The translations under genes were made by a program, and so were the position numbers. A stretch of 64,000 nt of DNA from Marinicella sp. (GTDB lineage: Bacteria > Pseudomonadota > Gammaproteobacteria > Xanthomonadales > Marinicellaceae): assembly GCA_965230295.1 (NCBI GenBank), contig OZ246001.1, positions 1,728,001 to 1,792,000 on the forward strand, given 5' to 3'. Below the pieces are notes generated by a model. It was given only the letters and a program-made list of their open reading frames with translations. It made no database searches and had not been told where the DNA came from. Positions 18,825-28,677 of this stretch are shown one piece after another. Each line of letters starts with the position of its first letter. The first letter of the stretch is position 1.

Positions 18825-19658
18825 ATGAAGACGTTGCCCAAAATCACCTGGGGTGATGCCAACGATCAACCCCCCATTTACTTTGCCCATGCCAACGGCT
18901 ATCCACCAGGCAGTTACCAATCGATCATCGATGCCTTGTCTACAGACCACCAGGTTGTATCGTATTTACAAAGGCCGCTGTGGCAACCCGCACCTGATGT
19001 CATGAGTATCCAGTCATGGCATGAGCTGGCAGATGATGTGATTCAATTTTTTGACCAGAACCACATGAAAAATGTGGTGGCTGTGGGCCATTCATTGGGT
19101 TCTGTAACGGCTTTTATGGCAGCCCAAAAAAGACCCGATCTGATCAAAGCATTGGTGATGATTGAACCTGTAGCCCTGCCTTGGATTTTTTGTTGGTTGA
19201 CACAGGTTTTTCCAGGTTTGGTCAGGCAGCGAGTCAGCATCATCCGCAAAGCCTTGAAGCGACCCAATCAATTTACTGATTTAGCAGCCGCCTTTGATTT
19301 CCACCGCAAACCACGGGTGTTTGGTCGCATCAGTGATGAAAACTTGTGGCATTACATCCGCGCCGGTGTGGTTCAACAAGGTGAAAACTATCGACTGGCA
19401 TATCCGCGTGAGTGGGAGGCCAGGATTTATGCCACAGCGACCTATTTCAGAGGTCAGTTGATTCATTCAAAACTGCCGGTTCTGGGTCTGAGAGGAGGTC
19501 ATTCAGATACGGTCGATGCCAAGTTTTGGCGTCGTTGGCAGCGCAATGATAACCACCAACACATTGAATTTCCAGAAGCGGGCCATTTACTGCCATTGGA
19601 AAACCCAGCGGCGGTGATTGAAGCCATCATGCCATTTGTGGAGCGTCACCAAAGATGA
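18825..19658 (+). CDS. Alpha/beta fold hydrolase
   Basis: FAHANGY, GHSLG, GHLLPLE. Confidence 0.87.
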   Translation: MKTLPKITWGDANDQPPIYFAHANGYPPGSYQSIIDALSTDHQVVSYLQRPLWQPAPDVMSIQSWHELADDVIQFFDQNHMKNVVAVGHSLGSVTAFMAAQKRPDLIKALVMIEPVALPWIFCWLTQVFPGLVRQRVSIIRKALKRPNQFTDLAAAFDFHRKPRVFGRISDENLWHYIRAGVVQQGENYRLAYPREWEARIYATATYFRGQLIHSKLPVLGLRGGHSDTVDAKFWRRWQRNDNHQHIEFPEAGHLLPLENPAAVIEAIMPFVERHQR

Positions 19659-21181
19659 AAGGGGATGTTTTACATCAGTCCAAGGCAGGTACAATTGTCT
19701 TGACTACATTGAACAGTCGTTACATCCATGCTTCATTCAGCTTACGTTACCTCTATGCCAACTTGGGTGAACTGCAACCACAATCATCCATTGTAGAGTT
19801 CACCATACATGATCGAGCGATCGACATGGTTGAAAAGTTGTTGTCAAAATCTCCCTCCATCATAGGATTCAGTGTCTATATTTGGAATGTCGTGGAAACC
19901 ACGGCAGTGGTTAAGTTACTCAAAACAATTCAACCTGAAATCACCATTGTTTTGGGCGGTCCAGAAGTCAGCCACATCCCGGACCAACCGGAAGTGGTTG
20001 AGCTGGCAGATTATGTGATCAAAGGCCCGGGAGAGTCGAGTTTCCGTGCCTTGTGTCAACAAATTCTGAATCAACAATTGCCGGCAGAACAGGTCATCAA
20101 CGGTTTACCACAACCCTTGGAAGAGTTGTTGATGCCCTATGAGTATTATAATGAAGAAGATCTGAGTAACCGCATCATTTATGTTGAGGCATCTCGAGGA
20201 TGTCCTTTCAAATGTGAGTTTTGTCTGTCATCCTTGGACAAAACATCCAAAACGTTTACCCTGGACCGTTTCCTGGCTGAAATGGACCGGCTCTATAAGC
20301 TGGGTGCCAGGAATTTCAAATTCATTGACCGAACTTTCAACCTCAAGATCGCTCATTCAACGACCATCTTGCAGTTTTTTCTGGATCGTATGGATTCTGA
20401 GCTGATGGTGCATTTCGAAGTGATTCCTGATCGGTTGCCTGATAAGCTCAAAGTGCTGTTGCAACAGTTTCCGGTCAATAGTTTACAGTTTGAGGTGGGA
20501 GTACAAACGTTTGACCCAGAAATACAAACGCTGATCTCAAGACGTCAGGACAATGAACAAACCAAAGCCAACTTGAAGTGGCTGCGAGCTTCCACCCAAG
20601 CACACATCCATGCCGATTTGATATTTGGTCTACCGGGAGATACGTTGACAGGCTTTGCCGACAGTTTTGATCAACTGTACGCCTTACAACCACAGGAAAT
20701 CCAGCTGGGTATATTAAAAAGGTTGCGAGGTGCGCCCATCAATCGACACACCGCAGAATACCGAATGAAGTACAGTCCAGCGCCACCTTATGCGGTGTTA
20801 CAAACCAGAGACATCAGCTTCAATGAATTACAAAGAGTGGGACGTTTTGCTCGTTACTGGGACATCTTTGGTAACCAAGGACGCTTCAAACACAGTTTAC
20901 CTTTGATCATGGGCACACAACCGTTTGCGCGTTTCATGCAGTTTTCAGACGCCTTGTTTGCTCAAGCACAAAGCACCTGGAAAATTTCTTTCCGACGGCA
21001 GTTTGTGTTGTTATATCAGATCATTCCGACGGCGCTTAATGTCGACTCAGACGTTTTGTTCACAGCACTGCAAAAAGACTTCGATCGCAGTGGTGAAAAA
21101 GGCGTGCTGGCCCATTTGTTGAACCCCATTGAAAAAGCCAAAAAGAACCAAAAAAATGCCCGCCAAGCACGGCATTTGTGA
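19655..21181 (+). CDS. B12-binding-domain radical SAM protein (DUF4080-type C-terminus)
   Basis: GFSVYIWN, LGGPEVS; CxxxCxxC in SRGCPFKCEFC; FIDRTFN; HADLIFGLPG. Confidence 0.9.
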   Translation: MKGDVLHQSKAGTIVLTTLNSRYIHASFSLRYLYANLGELQPQSSIVEFTIHDRAIDMVEKLLSKSPSIIGFSVYIWNVVETTAVVKLLKTIQPEITIVLGGPEVSHIPDQPEVVELADYVIKGPGESSFRALCQQILNQQLPAEQVINGLPQPLEELLMPYEYYNEEDLSNRIIYVEASRGCPFKCEFCLSSLDKTSKTFTLDRFLAEMDRLYKLGARNFKFIDRTFNLKIAHSTTILQFFLDRMDSELMVHFEVIPDRLPDKLKVLLQQFPVNSLQFEVGVQTFDPEIQTLISRRQDNEQTKANLKWLRASTQAHIHADLIFGLPGDTLTGFADSFDQLYALQPQEIQLGILKRLRGAPINRHTAEYRMKYSPAPPYAVLQTRDISFNELQRVGRFARYWDIFGNQGRFKHSLPLIMGTQPFARFMQFSDALFAQAQSTWKISFRRQFVLLYQIIPTALNVDSDVLFTALQKDFDRSGEKGVLAHLLNPIEKAKKNQKNARQARHL

Positions 21182-21247
21182 TGCAATAAATGTGAGGCTT
21201 GTGTGACACGCCATACCAATCAACAATCTCTGCTATAATCATTGGCC

Positions 21248-22360
21248 ATGGATGGCGTGAGTGATGAGGGACACCAGCCACAAGGGTATCCCTCGTTCAT
21301 AGAATATCAATGTGACCGACTGCTGCCAGTGGCCAAAATGTTGCTGGGGTTCAGTGTCATATACCTGATTGGATTTGCCATTCTGGATTATTTCAAATAC
21401 CCCGATCAGATACACACCATTGTCATCTTTCGCTTGCTGGCAGCCTTGCCGCTGTTGTTGTTGATTTCGTTTCTGAATAAACCAAAGTACCACTTAAAAA
21501 TTCCAAAGTTATTTCTCACATTAGGCTTGTTGTCTTTCAGTTGCTTTCTGGCCCTTAACCTGGCCATACCCGGGAAAAAATACATTGTGGTTTTGGTACC
21601 TGTTTTTTATATTTTGGCGGTTATAGCTATGGCACCGTTGTTCAAAACCAGTGAATTGTTGTTAACTTTCGTGTTGGGATTTTTGGTTTATTATTGGGCA
21701 GGGTTTTTTTATATCAAAGACAACGAATACATCAAGTTGGTTTTCCCACACATGACCGCCATTGTGTTGTTTACCCTGATCACAGTGATTAAGATCAAAC
21801 AGTCAGCAGAGGAAAACTATCAACTGGCCAAAGATTTGCACTGGCGTTCAGAACATGATGAATTAACCAAGGTGTTCAATCGGCGTGGGGTATTTGCCTG
21901 GATAACGGACCAAAACCTGTTCAATGGACAATCTTTCGAGCCCATATCTTTGGCAATGTTGGACCTGGACCATTTCAAAAGCATCAACGATGAATATGGT
22001 CATGATGTGGGCGATCAAGTGATTCAACAAAGTGCGCAGTTAATCAAAGATGAACTCGGCCCCAACTCGGTGGTTGCACGATTTGGTGGAGAAGAGTTTT
22101 TATTGGTTTTACAAGAAGGGTCAGAGGCTCAAAACTTATTGTGTACCAGAACCATTTTGGAAAAAATTCGGGACTTGGCGATCATCGAGGACAGCAACAA
22201 AACCAGAAACGTGACCGTCAGCATTGGATTTGTCAATCACCGCATCACCCACACCTTCGAACAAACATTGAAGGTGGCTGATGACTTTTTGTACCATGCC
22301 AAAGAGACGGGACGGAATAAAATGATCACAGGTCATGAAAAAGTAGCCAGCCATGGCTGA
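21248..22360 (+). CDS. Membrane diguanylate cyclase (GGEEF)
   Basis: About six TM helices; DELTKVFNRR, DLDHFKSIND.YGH, RFGGEEF; start uncertain. Confidence 0.88.
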   Translation: MDGVSDEGHQPQGYPSFIEYQCDRLLPVAKMLLGFSVIYLIGFAILDYFKYPDQIHTIVIFRLLAALPLLLLISFLNKPKYHLKIPKLFLTLGLLSFSCFLALNLAIPGKKYIVVLVPVFYILAVIAMAPLFKTSELLLTFVLGFLVYYWAGFFYIKDNEYIKLVFPHMTAIVLFTLITVIKIKQSAEENYQLAKDLHWRSEHDELTKVFNRRGVFAWITDQNLFNGQSFEPISLAMLDLDHFKSINDEYGHDVGDQVIQQSAQLIKDELGPNSVVARFGGEEFLLVLQEGSEAQNLLCTRTILEKIRDLAIIEDSNKTRNVTVSIGFVNHRITHTFEQTLKVADDFLYHAKETGRNKMITGHEKVASHG

Positions 22361-23243
22361 ACCCACACCTTGTCAAACCATTGATCTGCTCGATGTATCG
22401 GTGTTGGTAAAAAGGGAAGACTTGAATCATCCTGTGGTACAGGGCAACAAGCTGTGGAAACTGAAACACAATCTTTTGGCAGCCAAGAAGCAACAGTCAG
22501 ACACCGTGGTTACCTTTGGAGGCGCTTTTTCAAACCACCTGTTGGCAACAGCCTATGCGGCCAAGGCAGCCGGGTTGGCAGCGGTGGGCATCGTTCGTGG
22601 TGACGAACTGGATGACAATCAAGCGGTCTGGTCAGAAACCTTACATCGATGTGCTCACTATGGGATGCGCTTAGAGTTTGTGAACCGCAAGCATTATCGA
22701 CAAAAACAACACAGCCAAGCGGTGCAGCGTATACTTTCTGAATTACCCCATGCCTATTTGATCCCGGAAGGGGGCAGCAACTTATTGGCGACCCAGGGGG
22801 TGGCCGATATGGTGGCCGAGTTGGCTCAACAACTGCGCCAACAACCCACGCACTTGATTTGTCCGGTGGGTACCGGAGGTACTTTGGCTGGGTTAATCAC
22901 GGGGGTGAGCCAACAAGGGTGGCACAGTCAAGTCACGGGTGTTTCAGTCTTGAGAGGACTGAACTTCATAGAAGCAGATGTACAAGGATGGACTGAGCAT
23001 TTGGCGCCACCAGTATCGTGGCGGATTGTACACGATTTCCACGGTGGCGGTTATGCCAAACGAACCCCGGAAATGACCCGTTTTGCAGTGACCTTTTCTC
23101 AACAGCATGGTATTCCATTGGATAAAGTTTATAACATCAAATCATTTTATGCCTTGGCCCACATGATTAAATCAGGCCAATTGACAACCCAAGATCACCC
23201 ACTCATCATCCATACGGGCGGACTTCAAGGTGGCGTGCTGTGA
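22353..23243 (+). CDS. ACC deaminase / D-cysteine desulfhydrase family PLP enzyme
   Basis: KREDL, GNKLWKL, TFGGAFSNHL, PEGGSN, GTGGT, IHTGGLQG. Confidence 0.9.
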   Translation: MAEPTPCQTIDLLDVSVLVKREDLNHPVVQGNKLWKLKHNLLAAKKQQSDTVVTFGGAFSNHLLATAYAAKAAGLAAVGIVRGDELDDNQAVWSETLHRCAHYGMRLEFVNRKHYRQKQHSQAVQRILSELPHAYLIPEGGSNLLATQGVADMVAELAQQLRQQPTHLICPVGTGGTLAGLITGVSQQGWHSQVTGVSVLRGLNFIEADVQGWTEHLAPPVSWRIVHDFHGGGYAKRTPEMTRFAVTFSQQHGIPLDKVYNIKSFYALAHMIKSGQLTTQDHPLIIHTGGLQGGVL

Positions 23244-23336
23244 ACCCAAGAAACGGACAAGTTGAGATTAATGTTACTCAACAAGCATTTTTCGTTTTAT
23301 AATCATAAATAGGCCGTTGTCGACTCAGGAGTTAGC

Positions 23337-24065
23337 GTGTACCAGAGAGAACAAAAAAAGACCACCTTTTCGGGCATCAGAATGTTTGTTGTGTTTTTGG
23401 GCTTGGCTCAAATCATCCCTGCTGTCGCCGCGGACGCCTCCTATGGTTTATTAAGCAACTGGACTTATTGGCTGTTTTTGCTGTTGTTTTTACTGATCGT
23501 TTTGTTGGTCATTAAGGTTCGCAATTACGGCAAAAATTTAGCCAAACTGGAAGCTGAATTAACCCACTTAAGTCGCACCGATGAATTGACACAATTGTTG
23601 AATAGACGCTACCTGGAAAAGCGACTGTATGAAGATTTTGAGTGGCATATGAGAAACGAGTCTTCAGACAGTGTGCTACTGATGATTGAAATTGATCAAT
23701 TTGATACCGTAACAGAAAACTTTGGTCATGCAGCAGGTGACTTGGTGGTTCAAACAGTCGCCAGCATCATCCAGACGCGTATCAGGAACACCGACTTGTG
23801 TGGTCGTTTTGCCGAAGAAACATTTTTGGTTTTGTTGCGTGACACCACCACAGAACCGGCCAGAACGTTGGCAGATCAGGTGTGCCAAAAGGTGGCCGAC
23901 ACCAACATGTTCTACGGTCAAAAAACCAACAACGTCACTTGTTGTGTCGGAGTGGCGGCTTATACAAAAGACATGGTTTCATGCCGAGACTGGATTCAAC
24001 AAGCAGAAAAAGCACTCTATAAAGCCAAACAATTGGGAAATAACCAAGCTTTCATTTACCAATAA
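23337..24065 (+). CDS. Membrane-anchored degenerate GGDEF-domain protein (AEETF) with intact I-site
   Basis: GTG start with AGGAG; DELTQLLNRR; RNTD-LCGRF-AEETF. Confidence 0.82.
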   Translation: MYQREQKKTTFSGIRMFVVFLGLAQIIPAVAADASYGLLSNWTYWLFLLLFLLIVLLVIKVRNYGKNLAKLEAELTHLSRTDELTQLLNRRYLEKRLYEDFEWHMRNESSDSVLLMIEIDQFDTVTENFGHAAGDLVVQTVASIIQTRIRNTDLCGRFAEETFLVLLRDTTTEPARTLADQVCQKVADTNMFYGQKTNNVTCCVGVAAYTKDMVSCRDWIQQAEKALYKAKQLGNNQAFIYQ

Positions 24066-24137
24066 ACCTTGTTTCTCAGAGCCACGGGCTACTGTTTATA
24101 AGCCCAGTCATAAGATCAAAAAAAAATTTGAAAGCTG

Positions 24138-25892
24138 TCACCTGACAACATCACTTGAAATTTCTTTGAGGCTCATCAAGGCCCTTTGTTTGGTGTCGGC
24201 ATCAATGATTTCTGACAAAATACTGGCCGGATTGTTGGGGTTGATTGAAGCTCCCAGATTGACCAACCCTGCAATGGCGTCACGCCTGATTTCAGGGTTG
24301 GTGTCACCAGCAGCTTTGATCAACAGAGATTGGCATGATGGCCCTCCATGTTGGTCAATATAGGCGACCACCCGGTCTAATCGACAAAGGGTTTTGGTGT
24401 GGTTGACGGCACAGCTTCTGACATCTTCATCAGGGTGGTTTAAATAGGAAAAAACCGGTTCGGGGTTAACCAAAACATCCAGGTTAATCAGCGCTACATA
24501 AGCCCGCATCTGTACACCCGCATCAGGGTCATTCCGATGAATGTACTGTAAGGCTTGGTGCACATACGTTTCATCATGTGTTTGCAATGCTTCAACCAAA
24601 GAATGTCTCACGCCTGTTGATGGGTCGTTTGAGAATTGTCTGGTCATGATCTGTAAGGCTTCGTGGTCATTCAGTTTACCAATGGCCAATATAGATTGCA
24701 TTCGGGTGTGTGGTACGGGATATTCTTTGGCGGTTTTGAGCAAGTATGGGATGGCCCTTTTGTCACCCCGGCTCCCCAGTGATTTGGCTGCTTCATCAGC
24801 TTTATATTTATCGCGACCAAACAGGGTTTGAATTTCTGCCTGTAAAGAATTTTCAGATGGTTTTGAGACGATACCGGCTGAGGCCAACATAAGTAAAAAG
24901 ATAAAGGATGTGGCGGTGATGAGTTTAATCGAGAACCTGTTTACAACGCTCAATGTTTGGTCTTTTTGTTGGACGATGGACTTGATTCTGGCTGCCAAAC
25001 CTTGTTGTTGGGTCATGGCAACAGAGGCGTATTTGGTTTCTTTCCTTAGGTCACGGGTGATGGCTACCAACTCCTCCGCATATTCAAGGTGGTTCTTGCC
25101 ACTTTTCACCACTTGTTCATCACAAGACAGCTCGCGTTCCAGTCCATGTTGGTGAACCACATACCAGACCAATGGATTTGACCAGTACATACATTTAGCC
25201 AGCTGGTTAATGAGAACCAGAATGTGATCCAAACGAGATGCATGAGTCAATTCATGTAGAAACACAGTTTTTAGGCGCTCATGGGACCACTGATTGGCCG
25301 CTTGTGGCAGCAAGATTTTGGGTCGAAACAGGCCCCAAATTAAGGGTGACCCAATGACTTTACTGATACCTATTTTGACTTTAAGCTGACAGTCAACAGC
25401 TTGTTTGGCTTGTAACAAAATTGTTTGCCAGTGTTTTGGGGGAGCTGTAGATTGGCGTGAAAAGACAGCCAGCCCCAATAAATCAGCCAGTAATTTAGCC
25501 AACAGAATGATGGCTCCACATGTCCAAATTAGCAGCGCCAAGCCCAAAAAGTACTCCCAGAAACTCAAGGCCACATTGTTGTTATTGTTAATGCCACTGA
25601 TGTCCATAACCGATTCCAGGGTGGTGGGTTTCCCTGAATACTGGATTTCATCAGCAGGTATCAAGACACTGTAACCAGGAGGGTGAATCACCGGTGCTTC
25701 CCAGGTAGGTAGCGTTTGGTGTAACAACGGCAGCATCACAACCACAACCAATACCAATGACCACAACCAATACCTGACATTGGCTTGATAGCTTTTTAAC
25801 AACCGGGACCCCAGAATACCAAGCACCAAGATGACGGTTGATTTGATAAACAGCAGTGCAGCAAACTCGAACAAAAACCATTCAAACTTCAT
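24138..25892 (-). CDS. BlaR1/MecR1-like M56 metallopeptidase with C-terminal HEAT-like repeats
   Basis: VRYWLW, SPLIWGLFRPKILLP, zinc motif HELTH, YWSNPLVW, ERELSCDE; post-TM helical repeats (AAKSLG, DPSTGVR, DPDAGVQ, PDEDVR, NPEIRRDA). Confidence 0.88.
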   Translation of the reverse strand: MKFEWFLFEFAALLFIKSTVILVLGILGSRLLKSYQANVRYWLWSLVLVVVVMLPLLHQTLPTWEAPVIHPPGYSVLIPADEIQYSGKPTTLESVMDISGINNNNNVALSFWEYFLGLALLIWTCGAIILLAKLLADLLGLAVFSRQSTAPPKHWQTILLQAKQAVDCQLKVKIGISKVIGSPLIWGLFRPKILLPQAANQWSHERLKTVFLHELTHASRLDHILVLINQLAKCMYWSNPLVWYVVHQHGLERELSCDEQVVKSGKNHLEYAEELVAITRDLRKETKYASVAMTQQQGLAARIKSIVQQKDQTLSVVNRFSIKLITATSFIFLLMLASAGIVSKPSENSLQAEIQTLFGRDKYKADEAAKSLGSRGDKRAIPYLLKTAKEYPVPHTRMQSILAIGKLNDHEALQIMTRQFSNDPSTGVRHSLVEALQTHDETYVHQALQYIHRNDPDAGVQMRAYVALINLDVLVNPEPVFSYLNHPDEDVRSCAVNHTKTLCRLDRVVAYIDQHGGPSCQSLLIKAAGDTNPEIRRDAIAGLVNLGASINPNNPASILSEIIDADTKQRALMSLKEISSDVVR

Positions 25893-25894
25893 TG

Positions 25895-26293
25895 TTATTG
25901 ATCCACTTTCTTTTGTTTTGCTGCTTCAATGATGGCACTGAGTTCATCCAATTCACTGTCGGCGAGCTGGTTGGTTGAAACATCAATCAAGGTGGCCACA
26001 GCCTGGGGAGTTGAGTTGGAAAAAAAAGTTTCTAGCAGGTGTTTGGTTGCAGCATGAGCTGCTTTAGGTTGGGGTTTGGTGGGCTGGTAAATATACTGTC
26101 TGCTCTCTTTAAAGTGGCTGACAAACCCTTTGCTTTCTAACACACCTAAAATCACTCTGATGCTGTTATAACTGGGCGGGTTGCTGATGTTCTCCAGCAC
26201 ATCATGAACGCTTCCTTGTTTGATTTTATAGAGCGCATCCATGATTTGGGACTCCCTTCTGGATAACTGTGCATGCATGTTTTTTGTGTTCAT
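25895..26293 (-). CDS. BlaI/MecI/CopY family repressor
   Basis: LSRRESQIMDALY, SYNSIRVILGVLESKG, LLETFF; directly upstream of the M56 gene. Confidence 0.9.
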   Translation of the reverse strand: MNTKNMHAQLSRRESQIMDALYKIKQGSVHDVLENISNPPSYNSIRVILGVLESKGFVSHFKESRQYIYQPTKPQPKAAHAATKHLLETFFSNSTPQAVATLIDVSTNQLADSELDELSAIIEAAKQKKVDQ

Positions 26294-26344
26294 AAACGGC
26301 TTTGGTATTGCAATGATAAGTTGATGATACAGAAAAAAAACTTG

Positions 26345-26366
26345 AGTGTAAATATTTTTGCATTTA
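26345..26366. promoter_or_regulatory. Candidate BlaI operator 1 (AGTGTAAATATTTTTGCATTTA)
   Basis: Imperfect palindrome core TGTAAATATTTTTGCA; 21/22 match to the reverse complement of 26491-26512. Confidence 0.65.
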
Positions 26367-26459
26367 TATTATAAAAAGAAATTCCTGTTTTGGCTAGATT
26401 GCCGGATTAAGCTGAGACTGAGGATTGGGCTACCTAATTAAATGCATATCGAGGTTTTT

Positions 26460-28655
26460 ATGACAAAGTCATTCAGATTGAATTTACACCTAAATGCAAA
26501 TATATTTACACTTGTGTTGGTTTCATTTACCACGTATCAAGTTGAAGTCCTGGCTTCAACTGACCCAAGCGATCGTTTTGAGGTGAGCCAATCCATCGAT
26601 ATTCCTACACTAGAAAAAGAAGGTGTCTTGTTGGATGGGCATCTTGATGAACCTGTGTGGCAGCAAGCCGCTTTGATTGATGATTTTCATCAAATCAACC
26701 CAAATGAGTACCAACAGCCAACTCAATATACAGTGGTTAGGTTGTTCATCACCGATGAACATTTGTATGTGGGCGCAGTCTTGCATGACACCCATCCGGA
26801 CCTGATTGTGGCCAAACAACTGAATCAAAGGGGGCGCATGTCAAATGACGATCAGTTTTGGATACTTTTGGACACTTTTAATGATCAGCGCAACGGTTAT
26901 TACTTGCAAGCCAATGCCAACAGCATTGGCGGAGATGCCTTGGTAGAAAATAACAGCAACATGATTTGGGACTGGGACGGGATTTGGGAAGTCAAATCGC
27001 AGCGAGGTGATTTTGGCTGGAGCTTGGAAATGAAAATCCCATTCAAAACCTTGTCATATGATGCCGACAACCCGGTTTGGGGGTTCAACATGGGCCGAGC
27101 CATCAGTCGTTTGAATGAAGAGATACAATGGTCTTCCAAAGGCAGGCAAGATTTTTCAGAAGCGCCCGCCTATGCAGGTCAACTCAATGGCATGGATATT
27201 CCCCCTGCTGGGTTGAGTTTGGATGTGGTGCCTTCTGTTGCATTGGCTGAAGGTGACTTGAATCAAGGTGTGAACACCTTGGAACCTGCGTTGGATGTTT
27301 TTTATCGACCCAATGCCACCAACACCCTGGCCTTAACACTGAATACAGATTTTTCAGCCACTGAGGTCGATGACAGACAGGTTAACCTGACCCGGTTTTC
27401 CCTGTTCTTTCCCGAAAAAAGAGATTTTTTCTTGCAAGATGCTGGTATTTTTGAGTTTGGTGGGCTCTCAGGCAATGGCAACCCGTTTTTTTCTCGCAGC
27501 ATAGGCATAGGTGAGAATGGTGTGCCTTTATCACTGCAAGCAGGCGTTAAGTGGACAGGGCGGCAAGGGCGATACAGTTATGGTGTTCTGGGTATTCAGC
27601 AAGACGATCCGGTTACCGGGCTAAACAGTGAATTGGGGATTGCCCGGCTGTCAGCAAACGTGCTGAATGAATCTCAATTTGGAGCCATCATGACTTATGG
27701 AGATCCAAACTCTGATCAAAGGGCCAGCACCGCGGGGTTGGATTTCAGGTATAGAAACAGCCAACTGGCAGGCAGTTCAAATACAATGTCACTGAATACT
27801 TTTGTTCAACAAACCAAGCAAGCCAACTCTTCAGGTGATGATATGGCTTATGGTTTTGATTGGCGATTTCCCAATGATCGGCACACGGCCAGGTTCAGGG
27901 CCACAGAAATTCAAAATAACTTTGCGCCAGCTTTGGGTTTTGTCAATCGCACCCATATCAGGGATTATTTAAGCTACTACCGCTTTCAGGTCAGGCCATC
28001 ACATGAAAAAATCAGGGCAGTGAAGTATTGGCTGTGGTTGGAAATGGTCACGGATTTAGACAATCAGCTTGAATCAAGGTCTTTTTTTACTTTTGTTGGT
28101 ATTAATGGTGTCAGAGATGATTGGGCGACTTTACAGTTCAGGAATGCCCGAGAAGTGTTGTCTGAATCATTTGAAATATCGCCAGGAATCATCATTCCTG
28201 AAGGTGGTTACGGTTGGCAGGAACTGTCTTTTTTTTATGGAACAGATGCCGGACGAAAGTGGTCGATAGAAGGTAATCTGAGGTCTGGCGGCTTTTATGG
28301 TGGGGATAAAAAATCGATGAAAGTAACCACCCGATGGAAGCCATCAAGTCATTTCAATGTGGCTCTGAATTATCAAATGAACAGCATTAAATTGCCTCAG
28401 GGGGACTTCATCACCAGATTGGCCAGTATCAATAACAACATAGCCATCAATGCCGAATGGTCCATCATCACCAACCTGCAATATGACAATGTATCGGACA
28501 CCTTGGGCATCAATTCAAGGCTGCGATGGGTTCCAAAAGTTGGGCAAGAGTTTTTTCTGGTATACAACCACAACGCTGATGTTGATGATGATCACAGCCT
28601 AATAAACAGACAACATTCAACTACACTCAAAGCCAGTTATACATATAGATTTTAA
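26460..28655 (+). CDS. DUF5916 / CBM9-like domain outer-membrane protein
   Basis: LDGHLDEPVW, LDTFND, LNTDFSATEVD..QVNLTRFSLFFPEKRDFF, FFSRSIG; C-terminal beta-signal SYTYRF; start uncertain (26442 or 26460; GAGGT precedes 26460). Confidence 0.85.
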   Translation: MTKSFRLNLHLNANIFTLVLVSFTTYQVEVLASTDPSDRFEVSQSIDIPTLEKEGVLLDGHLDEPVWQQAALIDDFHQINPNEYQQPTQYTVVRLFITDEHLYVGAVLHDTHPDLIVAKQLNQRGRMSNDDQFWILLDTFNDQRNGYYLQANANSIGGDALVENNSNMIWDWDGIWEVKSQRGDFGWSLEMKIPFKTLSYDADNPVWGFNMGRAISRLNEEIQWSSKGRQDFSEAPAYAGQLNGMDIPPAGLSLDVVPSVALAEGDLNQGVNTLEPALDVFYRPNATNTLALTLNTDFSATEVDDRQVNLTRFSLFFPEKRDFFLQDAGIFEFGGLSGNGNPFFSRSIGIGENGVPLSLQAGVKWTGRQGRYSYGVLGIQQDDPVTGLNSELGIARLSANVLNESQFGAIMTYGDPNSDQRASTAGLDFRYRNSQLAGSSNTMSLNTFVQQTKQANSSGDDMAYGFDWRFPNDRHTARFRATEIQNNFAPALGFVNRTHIRDYLSYYRFQVRPSHEKIRAVKYWLWLEMVTDLDNQLESRSFFTFVGINGVRDDWATLQFRNAREVLSESFEISPGIIIPEGGYGWQELSFFYGTDAGRKWSIEGNLRSGGFYGGDKKSMKVTTRWKPSSHFNVALNYQMNSIKLPQGDFITRLASINNNIAINAEWSIITNLQYDNVSDTLGINSRLRWVPKVGQEFFLVYNHNADVDDDHSLINRQHSTTLKASYTYRF
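26491..26512. promoter_or_regulatory. Candidate BlaI operator 2 (TAAATGCAAATATATTTACACT)
   Basis: Inverted near-perfect copy of 26345-26366, located within the 5' end of the DUF5916 ORF. Confidence 0.6.
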
Positions 28656-28677
28656 TCAACAACAAGCAGGAAAAAAC

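Noticed and set aside
23722-24363. 213-aa alternative-frame ORF overlapping the degenerate GGDEF gene and the M56 3' end
   Set aside because: Overlaps two well-supported genes and has no recognisable motifs; a shadow ORF.
24138-26293. Beta-lactam resistance locus (blaI/blaR1)
   Set aside because: The sensor has no penicillin-binding domain and no beta-lactamase or mecA gene is adjacent.
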